Shown: piece by piece, positions 9,517 to 16,837 of the stretch
Numbering within the stretch: position 1 is the stretch's first letter
Layout: the number at the start of each line of letters is the position of its first letter
From: Paenibacillaceae bacterium
Lineage (GTDB): Bacteria; Bacillota; Bacilli; Brevibacillales; Brevibacillaceae
Assembly (NCBI GenBank): GCA_041920505.1
Contig: JBHGXV010000049.1
Coordinates: 88,734 to 120,733 of the forward strand
DNA: 32,000 nucleotides
Direction of reading: 5' to 3'
Notes under the pieces: generated by a model
What the model saw: the letters and a program-made list of their open reading frames with translations, nothing else
What the model was told of the DNA's origin: nothing
Database searches by the model: none
Translations under genes and position numbers: made by a program

Positions 9517-10284
9517 TTACAAAAACAGCGACAGATACGCCCTGAGCAACCCCGCACCCCAGAAATGGGCAACCAGGGCTCCCGCGCACAAGGCCGGAGC
9601 GAACGGGATAGCCCCCTTCCACCGGGCTTTTCCGGCGGCCATCAGGGCAACGCCCGCCACAAGACCAATCAACGAAGCGAAAAACAGTGCGACCAGCACG
9701 CCTGGCCAGCCGACCGCCAGGCCGAGGACGCCGAACAGCTTCACGTCCCCCATCCCCAGCGCGCCCGGCTTCACCGTGGCGACGGCGAGCAACAGGCCAA
9801 ACCCGACCGCGCCGCCGATCAGCCCGCTCGCCCACGCCTGCGGCTCGGCAAGAAGCCCTAGCGCCAGCACCAGCGGAAAAAACCAGAGCAACACGCGATT
9901 CGGCACCAGCATGTACACGATGTCGCTGATCGACACGATCATGCACAAGGAAACGAGCGAAATCGACAACAGTAGGCCAAAAAAATCGCCTTTGTGCGTC
10001 GCATAGGCGAGCACAAAGAGCACTCCCGCTGCCAGTTCGCCGACAGGATACAATCTGGCGATGCGTTCGCCGCACGTGGCGCACGTTCCTTTTCGCAAGA
10101 GAAACCCGATGACCGGAAGCAAATCGACCGCATTCAGCCGCCTGCCGCAGTGCGGACAGCGCGACGGCGGCGTCACGACCGACTGCTTCTTCGGCACCCT
10201 CAGGGCCACCACGTTGAAAAACGAGCCGAACGCAAGGCCGAGGAGGAAGAAAAACGGGTAGAAAAACAGGTCCAGGGGCGTCAT
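9517..10284 (-). CDS. pilD: Prepilin peptidase / N-methyltransferase (A24 family; PilD/ComC)
   Basis: 255 aa and polytopic. It has two Cys pairs (CPHC...CATC) in the first cytoplasmic loop and a GMGDVKL (GxGD) active-site motif. RBS AAAGGAGAAGG lies upstream. Confidence 0.92.
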   Translation of the reverse strand: MTPLDLFFYPFFFLLGLAFGSFFNVVALRVPKKQSVVTPPSRCPHCGRRLNAVDLLPVIGFLLRKGTCATCGERIARLYPVGELAAGVLFVLAYATHKGDFFGLLLSISLVSLCMIVSISDIVYMLVPNRVLLWFFPLVLALGLLAEPQAWASGLIGGAVGFGLLLAVATVKPGALGMGDVKLFGVLGLAVGWPGVLVALFFASLIGLVAGVALMAAGKARWKGAIPFAPALCAGALVAHFWGAGLLRAYLSLFL

Positions 10285-10304
10285 CGCCTTCTCCTTTCAC
10301 GGGG

Positions 10305-10344
10305 TCAAACAGGAAAAAGGACACGACACCACGGGTGTCGTGTC
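10305..10344 (-). terminator. Rho-independent terminator/attenuator between pilA and pilD
   Basis: Perfect 11-bp stem (10320-10330 GACACGACACC paired with 10334-10344 GGTGTCGTGTC) with a 3-nt loop. On the minus-strand transcript it is followed by CCUUUUUCCUGUUUG. It ends about 20 nt upstream of the pilD RBS. Confidence 0.7.
10328..10344. repeat. 17-nt direct repeat, copy A (ACCACGGGTGTCGTGTC), forming the loop and one arm of the terminator hairpin
   Basis: 16/17 identical to 10686-10702. Read directly from the sequence. Confidence 0.8.
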
Positions 10345-10396
10345 AGTGTGTAGACAAAGTTCGGTATGTCATGGGTGATGGTTCCCGCTCGCTCTC

Positions 10397-10539
10397 TTGA
10401 CGACCAGCGAAGAAGTTGGCAGTGTCCGCTCCGAAACGCGACGCGGGCAGGGGTCAAACATCTGGGTAACTCAAAGAAGTGAGACTTGTGACCCCTGTTT
10501 TTCCCCGCGTCTGCGTTTCTCCGCTAAGCAGGTCGTCAA
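10397..10539. repeat. Long imperfect inverted repeat, giving a rod-like RNA/DNA structure of about 143 nt
   Basis: Outer stem of 9 bp: 10397-10405 TTGACGACC with 10531-10539 GGTCGTCAA. Inner stem of about 24 bp: 10433-10456 GAAACGCGACGCGGGCAGGGGTCA with 10489-10519 TGACCCCTG-(tttttc bulge)-CCCGCGT-C-(t)-GCGTTTC. Apical loop of 32 nt. Asymmetric internal loop of 27 nt versus 11 nt. There is no convincing ORF on either strand. Confidence 0.6.
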
Positions 10540-10685
10540 AGGAGCTCGCGTTGGCCCCATCACTCCATGCCTCGTACTTTTTCTACAACTTCGCTTGATC
10601 AATATGAGGCCTCCGGCCTGTGGCAACTCTGATTCCTTGCGGAACATCAACAATTAAAAAAGGTTTGTCATCAGTCTGATTCAAT

Positions 10686-10702
10686 ACCACGGATGTCGTG
10701 TC
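10686..10702. repeat. 17-nt direct repeat, copy B (ACCACGGATGTCGTGTC), 8 nt downstream of the pilA stop codon
   Basis: 16/17 identical to 10328-10344. Here the complementary hairpin arm is missing or diverged, so only half of the hairpin is duplicated. Confidence 0.8.
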
Positions 10703-10710
10703 GTTGTCGT

Positions 10711-11280
10711 TTAAGGTGTGGAAGGCTTTGCTTTACTAGCCTTCGAAAAATCGACCTTATCGATATCTTCTTCTTTTACATATTCTAAATCAGAGTCAGC
10801 TCCAGCACTATCCAGTTTAATGTAATATCTATAAGTTGAACCATTCTTAGTTACATACACAGCAGTATTGGTGTCATCGTATTCATTTCCACTGCTGCTT
10901 TCTGGATCAACGATTTTGGAAAAATATCCATCATCTTTCAACTGGTCTAATGTGATTACCATATAACTGTCCGCAGCCAAAGTATCTCCTTGTTGCAATA
11001 GTCTTTCACCATCATCGTTCACTCGGGTTGCTGTAATAGCTGTTGTGCCCGTATTCGGCTTGAATCCACTAATCGCCACTTTTTGTTTAGCAGCTTCAAT
11101 CATCTGTCTCGCATTCGCCTTATGCGCTTCCTTCTTGGTGTTCCCCGTAATCCCCGTAATCGCCGGAACGGCGATCGCTGCGATGATCCCGAGGATGACG
11201 ATGACCGCGAGTAATTCGATCAAGGTCAAGCCCCGCTCGTCTTTGACAAACCGTTTGAGCCACTTTTTGATCGTTTCCAT
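10711..11280 (-). CDS. pilA: Major type IV pilin (prepilin with class III signal peptide)
   Basis: METIKKWLKRFVKDERG/LTLIELLAVIVILGIIAAIAVPAI has Gly-1, Glu+5 and a hydrophobic alpha1-N helix. Total length is 189 aa. It sits immediately downstream of pilC and is followed by a terminator, consistent with a highly expressed major subunit. Confidence 0.9.
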   Translation of the reverse strand: METIKKWLKRFVKDERGLTLIELLAVIVILGIIAAIAVPAITGITGNTKKEAHKANARQMIEAAKQKVAISGFKPNTGTTAITATRVNDDGERLLQQGDTLAADSYMVITLDQLKDDGYFSKIVDPESSSGNEYDDTNTAVYVTKNGSTYRYYIKLDSAGADSDLEYVKEEDIDKVDFSKASKAKPSTP

Positions 11281-11303
11281 CTGATTTCATCCTTCCCTTG
11301 GCA

Positions 11304-12512
11304 TTAATGTATGGTTTCATAAATTTTAAACATCGGGAGCATGATGGAGGCGATGATCGTCCCCACCACCGCTGACACCGCGAGAAGCATCAGCGGTTCG
11401 ATCAGCGACTTCAGCTTGTCGACCGTGTTTTCCACGTCGGCTTCGTAGAAGTCGGCGATCTTGGCCAACATCTGGTCTAAGGCCCCGGTCTCTTCGCCGA
11501 TGGCGATCATGTGCGTCACCAGAGGCGGGAACACCCATGACTTGCGCAGCGGATCGGAGAGGGCTTTCCCGGAGCGCAGGCTTTCCTTGGCCTCGTCTAT
11601 TACCTGGGCAATAACCGCGTTGCCTATTACCTTTTCTACCACAGTGAGCGCCTGAAGGACAGGCACAGAACTGTGAAACAACGAACCGAGCGTGCGGGTG
11701 AAGCGGGCGATCGCCGCCTTGCGGAACAGGATGCCGAAGATTGGCATGCGCAACTTGAAGTAATCAAAGGCGTAGCGCCCCTTCGGCGTCCCCAGCACCA
11801 GCCGGACGGCGATCACCAGCGAAGCGACGGCGGCAACCCAGATGTACCACTCCTGCACCATGCTGGAGCTTACGCTCATGACGGCTCTGGTCAACGCGGG
11901 CACCTCGGTCCCGGCCGCTTTCAGCATGTCCGCAAACTGGGGAACCACGGTCGTCAGCAAAAACGCGACGGCGATGACGGCGACGATGCCGACGATGATC
12001 GGGTAGGTCATCGCCGACTTCACTTTTTCGACCGTAAAATACTCTTTTTCGAACTGGATAGCGAGCCGATCCAACACCTCGTCCAGGTTCCCGGCCGTCT
12101 CCCCGGCGCGGACCATGTTGACGAAAATCGCCGGAAACACCTTGGGATACTCGGCGATCGCGGCCGAGAGCGCCATGCCGTTGCGCAGCTTGTCGGCCAC
12201 TTCTGACAGCGTGTTTCGCAACGCCTTGCTTTCCGATTGATTGCTCAGGATGTTGGTCGCATCGACGATGGACACGCCCGCGCGGATCAGGGTGGCAAAC
12301 TGGCGGCAGTAGATGACGAAGTCTTCCATCTTCACCGGTTTGCCCAGGGTGATCTCCATCTGCCACACCGATTTTGGCTTCTCCTCGACAGCTTTGACGA
12401 TGTAGCCGCGCTTCTTCAATTCGGCGACCGCCGACGCCTTGGACGGAGCGGCCAGCGTACCCTTCTGCCGTCGGCCCCGCTCGTCGATCACCTGGTACGC
12501 GTAATCCGGCAT
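11304..12512 (-). CDS. pilC: Type IV pilus platform protein PilC (GspF family)
   Basis: 402 aa with the duplicated T2SS-F architecture (FCRQFATLIRAGVSIVDA... and FTRTLGSLFHSSVPVLQAL...IGEETGALDQML) and 3 TM segments. Confidence 0.92.
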   Translation of the reverse strand: MPDYAYQVIDERGRRQKGTLAAPSKASAVAELKKRGYIVKAVEEKPKSVWQMEITLGKPVKMEDFVIYCRQFATLIRAGVSIVDATNILSNQSESKALRNTLSEVADKLRNGMALSAAIAEYPKVFPAIFVNMVRAGETAGNLDEVLDRLAIQFEKEYFTVEKVKSAMTYPIIVGIVAVIAVAFLLTTVVPQFADMLKAAGTEVPALTRAVMSVSSSMVQEWYIWVAAVASLVIAVRLVLGTPKGRYAFDYFKLRMPIFGILFRKAAIARFTRTLGSLFHSSVPVLQALTVVEKVIGNAVIAQVIDEAKESLRSGKALSDPLRKSWVFPPLVTHMIAIGEETGALDQMLAKIADFYEADVENTVDKLKSLIEPLMLLAVSAVVGTIIASIMLPMFKIYETIH

Positions 12513-12516
12513 CCGT

Positions 12517-13563
12517 TCACTCCCCTTCCGGCAGGTAGAGTTTTGCCTTTTCGGCGGAGATGAGCCCTTGTTGCATCAGCTCTTTGATCGACATCTCCAA
12601 CGTATGCATGCCTTGGGCCTTGCCCGTCTGCATCAGGCTCTTGATCTGATGCACCTTTTCCTGGCGGATCAGGTTGGCGACGGCGGGCGTGTTGACGAGA
12701 ATCTCCGTCGCCGCCACCCGCCCCTTGCCTTCCGCCTTGGGAAACAGCCGCTGGGACACCACGCCGACGAGCACGGACGCAAGCTGGATGCGGATCTGCG
12801 GCTGCTGGTGGGCGGGAAACACGTCGATGATCCGGTCGATTGTCTGGACCGCGTCCGAGGTGTGCAAGGTGGCGAGGACCAGGTGGCCGGTCTCGGCCGC
12901 AGTGATCGCGGTGTGGATCGTTTCCAGGTCGCGCATCTCCCCCACCAGGATGACGTCCGGGTCCTGCCGCAGCGCGGCGCGCAGGCCGTTGGCGAAGTTG
13001 TTGGTGTCAAAGCCCACTTCCCGCTGGTTGATGATCGACCGGCCGTGCCGGTGCAGATACTCGATCGGGTCTTCCAGCGTGATGATGTGGCGGGACATCG
13101 TCTGGTTGATGTAATCGATCACGGCGGCAAGGGTCGTCGACTTCCCGCTGCCCGTCGGTCCGGTCACCAAAAGAAGCCCCTGCGGCTTTTGCGCTAATCT
13201 GGTCAAAATCTCCGGCATGTTGAGACTTCTAAGCGACGGTACCGTCGTCGGAATCACCCGGGCCACCAATCCGATGCAGGAGCGTTGCATGTAGGCGTTG
13301 ACCCGAAACCGGCTGACGCCGGGAACGCCGTAGGAGAAGTCCAGTTCGCCGCGATGGAGGAACAGTTCATACTGCTCCGGCTTGATCAGGGTGCGGGCCA
13401 TCTGCTCGGTCATCGCCGGTGTGAGCAGCGTTTGTCCGTAGCGCTTCAGTTCGCCGTCGACGCGGAAAATCGGCGGCGCGCCCACCGTGATGTGCAAGTC
13501 GGACGCGTGTGAAGAGTACGCGAGTTTGAGCAAGTGGATGATGTCAATCGACTTCTCTTCCAT
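12517..13563 (-). CDS. pilT: Twitching-motility retraction ATPase PilT
   Basis: 348 aa. ASDLHITVGAPPIFRVDGEL, Walker A GPTGSGKSTT, Asp box, Walker B ILVGEMRD and the His box TGHLVLATLHT are all present. It lacks the long N-terminal domain of PilB. Confidence 0.93.
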   Translation of the reverse strand: MEEKSIDIIHLLKLAYSSHASDLHITVGAPPIFRVDGELKRYGQTLLTPAMTEQMARTLIKPEQYELFLHRGELDFSYGVPGVSRFRVNAYMQRSCIGLVARVIPTTVPSLRSLNMPEILTRLAQKPQGLLLVTGPTGSGKSTTLAAVIDYINQTMSRHIITLEDPIEYLHRHGRSIINQREVGFDTNNFANGLRAALRQDPDVILVGEMRDLETIHTAITAAETGHLVLATLHTSDAVQTIDRIIDVFPAHQQPQIRIQLASVLVGVVSQRLFPKAEGKGRVAATEILVNTPAVANLIRQEKVHQIKSLMQTGKAQGMHTLEMSIKELMQQGLISAEKAKLYLPEGE

Positions 13564-13572
13564 GACAGCCTC

Positions 13573-15231
13573 CTATTCGTTGACAGCGACGCGCAGCACT
13601 TCGTCGATCGTGGTCTGCTCCTGAAGCACCTTCAAAAGGCCGTCGTCGATCAGCAGGATCATGCCGTTCTTGACGGCGTGGTAGCGGTATTCCTTGGCCG
13701 GACGGTTTTCCAGGATCAACCGGCGCAGGCCGTCGTCCACCAGAAGCACCTCGTGGATCGCCAGCCGCCCCCGGTACCCGGTCATGTTGCAACTGCCGCA
13801 TCCCTCGCCCTTGACCAGCTTTTGCGGCTTCAATCCCCGCCGCATGAGCAGCGTGCGCTCGTGCTCGGTCGGTTCCACCTCCCGCTTGCATTCGTTGCAG
13901 ACGCGCCGCACCAGCCGCTGGGAGACCACGCCGGTCAGCGCGGACGCGACAAGGAACGGATGGATGCCCATGTCGACCAGCCGGGTGATCGTGCTGGCCG
14001 CGTCATTGGTGTGCAAGGTGCTGAGCACCAGGTGGCCGGTAAGCGCAGCGCGGATCGCGATCTCGGCCGTCTCCAGATCGCGAATCTCCCCGACCATGAC
14101 GATGTTCGGGTCCTGGCGCAGGATGGCGCGCAGCCCTTTGGCAAAGGTCATGCCTGCGGCGGGATTCACTTGCACCTGGTTGATGCCGTCCAGTTGGTAC
14201 TCCACCGGATCTTCAACCGTGATGATGTTGACTTCCTCGGAATTGAGGTGGTGAAGCCCGGCGTACAGCGTGGACGTCTTCCCGCTTCCCGTGGGGCCGG
14301 TGATCAGCACCAGGCCGCTCGGGCGTTCGATCATGTCCTTGAACAGCTTGTGATTGCGCTTGTTGAAGCCCAATCGGTCTATATCATTGATCGCCTGGGA
14401 CAAGTCAAGCAGGCGGAGCACCACTTTTTCTCCGTAGACCGTCGGCAGCGTGGACACGCGAATGTCGATCTCTTTCATGTTGACGTCCAGCTTCATCCGG
14501 CCGTCCTGCGGAATCCGCCGCTCGGCGATGTTGAGATTGGCCATGATTTTCAGCCGGGCGCTGACGATGCCGGACATGTGGCGGGGGAGCGTCCGCTCCG
14601 TCCGCAGGACGCCGTCGATGCGGAAGCGCACGCGCAAGTTGTCTTCCTGCGGGTCGAAGTGGATGTCGCTCGCCCGCGTCTGCACGGCCTGCTGGATCAG
14701 TTGGTTGACCAGCCGCACCACCGGCGAATCCTCGTCCACCAGCTCTGTTTCCATCGCCGCCTGGTCGGTCGGCAAATCCTCCATCAGTTCGTTGACCGAC
14801 TCCTGCAAACTGTAGTAGCGAATGATGGAGCGCTGGATTTCGTCCTTGGTGGCGATCGCCGGTTCGATCTGAAATCCGGTCGACATCCGCAAATCTTCGA
14901 TGGCGAAGTAATCCAGCGGGTCCACCATCGCCACCATCAGCTTGTTACCGTCTTTTTTGAGCGGAATGCACTGGTAGCGTTTGGCCATCGCCTCGGTGAT
15001 CACGCTGGTCAGCGACTGGTCAAATTTGTACTTGAACAGGCTGACGTGGGGAATGCCGAGCTGGAACTCCAGCACCTCGATCAACTGGTTTTCCGATATG
15101 TACCCCTGCTGCAGCAGGACGTCCCCCAGCTTCTGCTTGCTGACCTTTTGCTCCTGCAAGGCCTTCTGCAACTGCTCTTCCGTGATCAACCCGCTTTCGA
15201 CAAGCAGGTCGCCAAGCCGTTTGCGTATCAT
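13573..15231 (-). CDS. pilB: Type IV pilus assembly (extension) ATPase PilB/GspE with an N-terminal MshEN-type domain
   Basis: 552 aa with Walker A GPTGSGKTST, Walker B IVMVGEIRD, His box TGHLVLSTLHT and the tetracysteine zinc motif CNEC...CGSC. The N-terminus carries tandem RLGxxLVxxGLI...Q motifs. The ATG overlaps the upstream stop (ATGA). Confidence 0.93.
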   Translation of the reverse strand: MIRKRLGDLLVESGLITEEQLQKALQEQKVSKQKLGDVLLQQGYISENQLIEVLEFQLGIPHVSLFKYKFDQSLTSVITEAMAKRYQCIPLKKDGNKLMVAMVDPLDYFAIEDLRMSTGFQIEPAIATKDEIQRSIIRYYSLQESVNELMEDLPTDQAAMETELVDEDSPVVRLVNQLIQQAVQTRASDIHFDPQEDNLRVRFRIDGVLRTERTLPRHMSGIVSARLKIMANLNIAERRIPQDGRMKLDVNMKEIDIRVSTLPTVYGEKVVLRLLDLSQAINDIDRLGFNKRNHKLFKDMIERPSGLVLITGPTGSGKTSTLYAGLHHLNSEEVNIITVEDPVEYQLDGINQVQVNPAAGMTFAKGLRAILRQDPNIVMVGEIRDLETAEIAIRAALTGHLVLSTLHTNDAASTITRLVDMGIHPFLVASALTGVVSQRLVRRVCNECKREVEPTEHERTLLMRRGLKPQKLVKGEGCGSCNMTGYRGRLAIHEVLLVDDGLRRLILENRPAKEYRYHAVKNGMILLIDDGLLKVLQEQTTIDEVLRVAVNE

Positions 15232-16832
15232 GGTGTTCCCCCCGTGCCGTTGGATTGGGAGTTCGGCGTCAACACGGGAATGTCGGCGGGACGCGCCACA
15301 TTGGGGTCATTGGCAAAGTCACCCAAACCGCCCGACTGAGCCCCGGGCGAAGAGGCGGACGAAGCCGGCGCGTTTCCGCCGGCGGGCGAGTCGGCGGACG
15401 TTCCTCCCGTCGGCCCGAAAATGGCCGTTTGACCGTTGCCGTGATCGAGGATCTGAGTCGGTGTGCCTATATACACAATACGCGGAATAGGTCTGTAGTA
15501 GTCCTTCGACACCAGTTGATCCTTCTCCTGCCCGGATTCGCGTTTTTCTCCCGTGTCTTTGACGCGGTACACCTGCGCGAGCACGCCTTCTTCCCCGGGC
15601 TGTGCCTCCCGTTGCTCGCCGGTGGGCAGCTCGCCGTCGATGAGAAACACCGTCTCGGGCTGGAAGGTCTCCACGCTTTTTACGACCACATCCGTATCCG
15701 TCTTGTCCTGCCGGTTGCCGTACAGGCCGACGACGAGCGCGTTGCCGTCGATCCGCGCGTGGATGTAGACCGGATGCGCAAACGTGTTTTCCAGCTTCAG
15801 GTCCATTTCCCCGTCCCAGATCGCCGCGTCCAGCCCCGGCTTCGCGTACGGCTGCGGCCGCAGGTGCGCATGCCGCTCGACGATGGCGAGATTGGCTTTG
15901 AGTGCCGCCCAGTACAGCGTGGAGGCCGTCTGTCCGATGCCCAGTTGGATGCCGCCTTCCTTGTGTTTCAGCGGCTCATCCTTTGTCCCGATGTAGCCGC
16001 TCCCCTCTCCGAACGGGCCCGCTTCCTTGGCAAAGGAAAAGACCTGGCGGCTGGCGATGACGTGCCCGTCCAGCCGGGCGACAGCGGCGGCGATGTTTTT
16101 TCGCGCGGTCTCAACTCCGGCGGGAAGCGGCGTCGACGCCTGGGCCAACAAGGTGTCGATCTCCTTGAGCGCATCGCTCATCACCGCCGGCTGCTCCTCC
16201 TTCACCGCCAATGCCACCGTCCGGTCCGGCAGGAAACGTCCCAGCGCCAGTTCGATGCTTTTCAGGCTCTCTTCCACCAGTACGGTTTGTCCCAGGCGGT
16301 GCGGCGTAAACCGGATCTGTCCCCCCGCGATCTCTAGTCTGGCGTTGGCCGCGGACTGGTCCGCTTCACGCTTGATCGCCTGCAGCCGCTGTTCGGCCGC
16401 CTGCCGGTCCCACCGGTACTTCAGCTCCACCGCCGGATTGACCGGCTCATCCAGGAGGCTGTCCCACCACTTGCGCCACCCCTGCGCGCGCCGGGAGGTT
16501 TCCACGAGCGACTGACAGGTGGCGTCGACGTCGTAGGTCAAACCGATCTCCTGCGGTGTTAGCGTCCAGGAGCGTTCCGCCGCCGTGAGCCGGATCGGTT
16601 TGCTCTCTGCCGCCCGCAGCAGAGCCGAAAGACGCTGCCGCGCTTCCTGCTCTGTCAACGCCCCGAGCGACAGCCCGCCCACACGGACATCGGGTGCCAG
16701 CCTGTCCGGGGCGATTGCCGCTTGGATCGGGCCGCCCGCCAGAAAGGCGAGCGCAATCGACAACAACACCATCAACAGGTAAAGGAAGAGGGCATATGCG
16801 CGATCTGTGACGTGTAAGCGAATTCGTTCCAT
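15228..16832 (-). CDS. VanW-family protein, YoaR-like architecture: TM, putative PG-binding region, VanW domain, G5 domain and a low-complexity tail
   Basis: TM: AYALFLYLLMVLLSIALAFLAGG. VanW block: GGIQLGIGQTASTLYWAALKANLAIVERHAHLRPQPYAKPGLDAAIWDGEMDLKLENTFAHPVYIHARIDGNALVVGLYG. G5-like block: FQPETVFLIDGELPTGEQREAQPGEEGVLAQVYRV...PRIVYIGT. The ATG at 16832 is preferred (RBS GAGGTGAAGG) over the track's GTG at 16841. The stop overlaps the pilB ATG. Confidence 0.8.
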   Translation of the reverse strand: MERIRLHVTDRAYALFLYLLMVLLSIALAFLAGGPIQAAIAPDRLAPDVRVGGLSLGALTEQEARQRLSALLRAAESKPIRLTAAERSWTLTPQEIGLTYDVDATCQSLVETSRRAQGWRKWWDSLLDEPVNPAVELKYRWDRQAAEQRLQAIKREADQSAANARLEIAGGQIRFTPHRLGQTVLVEESLKSIELALGRFLPDRTVALAVKEEQPAVMSDALKEIDTLLAQASTPLPAGVETARKNIAAAVARLDGHVIASRQVFSFAKEAGPFGEGSGYIGTKDEPLKHKEGGIQLGIGQTASTLYWAALKANLAIVERHAHLRPQPYAKPGLDAAIWDGEMDLKLENTFAHPVYIHARIDGNALVVGLYGNRQDKTDTDVVVKSVETFQPETVFLIDGELPTGEQREAQPGEEGVLAQVYRVKDTGEKRESGQEKDQLVSKDYYRPIPRIVYIGTPTQILDHGNGQTAIFGPTGGTSADSPAGGNAPASSASSPGAQSGGLGDFANDPNVARPADIPVLTPNSQSNGTGGTP

Positions 16833-16837
16833 TTCCT

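Noticed and set aside
10397-10539. Idea that the rod-like inverted repeat is a 6S RNA or a known riboswitch
   Set aside because: The general shape (long imperfect helix with an internal loop) is suggestive, but I cannot recognise any family-specific conserved nucleotides by eye. The element is shorter than a typical 6S RNA and sits in a 3'UTR context. It is kept only as an unexplained structure.
10397-10657. 86-aa plus-strand ORF and 60-aa minus-strand ORF (10471-10653) inside the pilA-pilD spacer
   Set aside because: They have no RBS, a Cys/Arg-rich implausible composition, and coincide with the arms of a long inverted repeat. The region is better explained as structured non-coding DNA or RNA.
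10328-10702. Direct repeats considered as a CRISPR-like or IS/transposon signature
   Set aside because: There are only two copies of a 17-mer about 358 bp apart. No transposase, no terminal inverted repeats matching an IS family, and no repeat-spacer periodicity are present. The repeats are reported as a junction or duplication signature instead.
13534-15339. 601-aa plus-strand ORF antisense to pilB. Similar long antisense or off-frame ORFs occur at 2721-4013, 8778-9545, 9344-10324, 15255-16337, 25969-26904 and 28932-31154.
   Set aside because: All lie opposite, or out of frame with, genes that have unmistakable family motifs. Their translations are Arg/Gly/His/Asp-rich low-information strings typical of stop-poor non-coding frames in about 60% GC DNA, and none has an RBS or recognisable motif.
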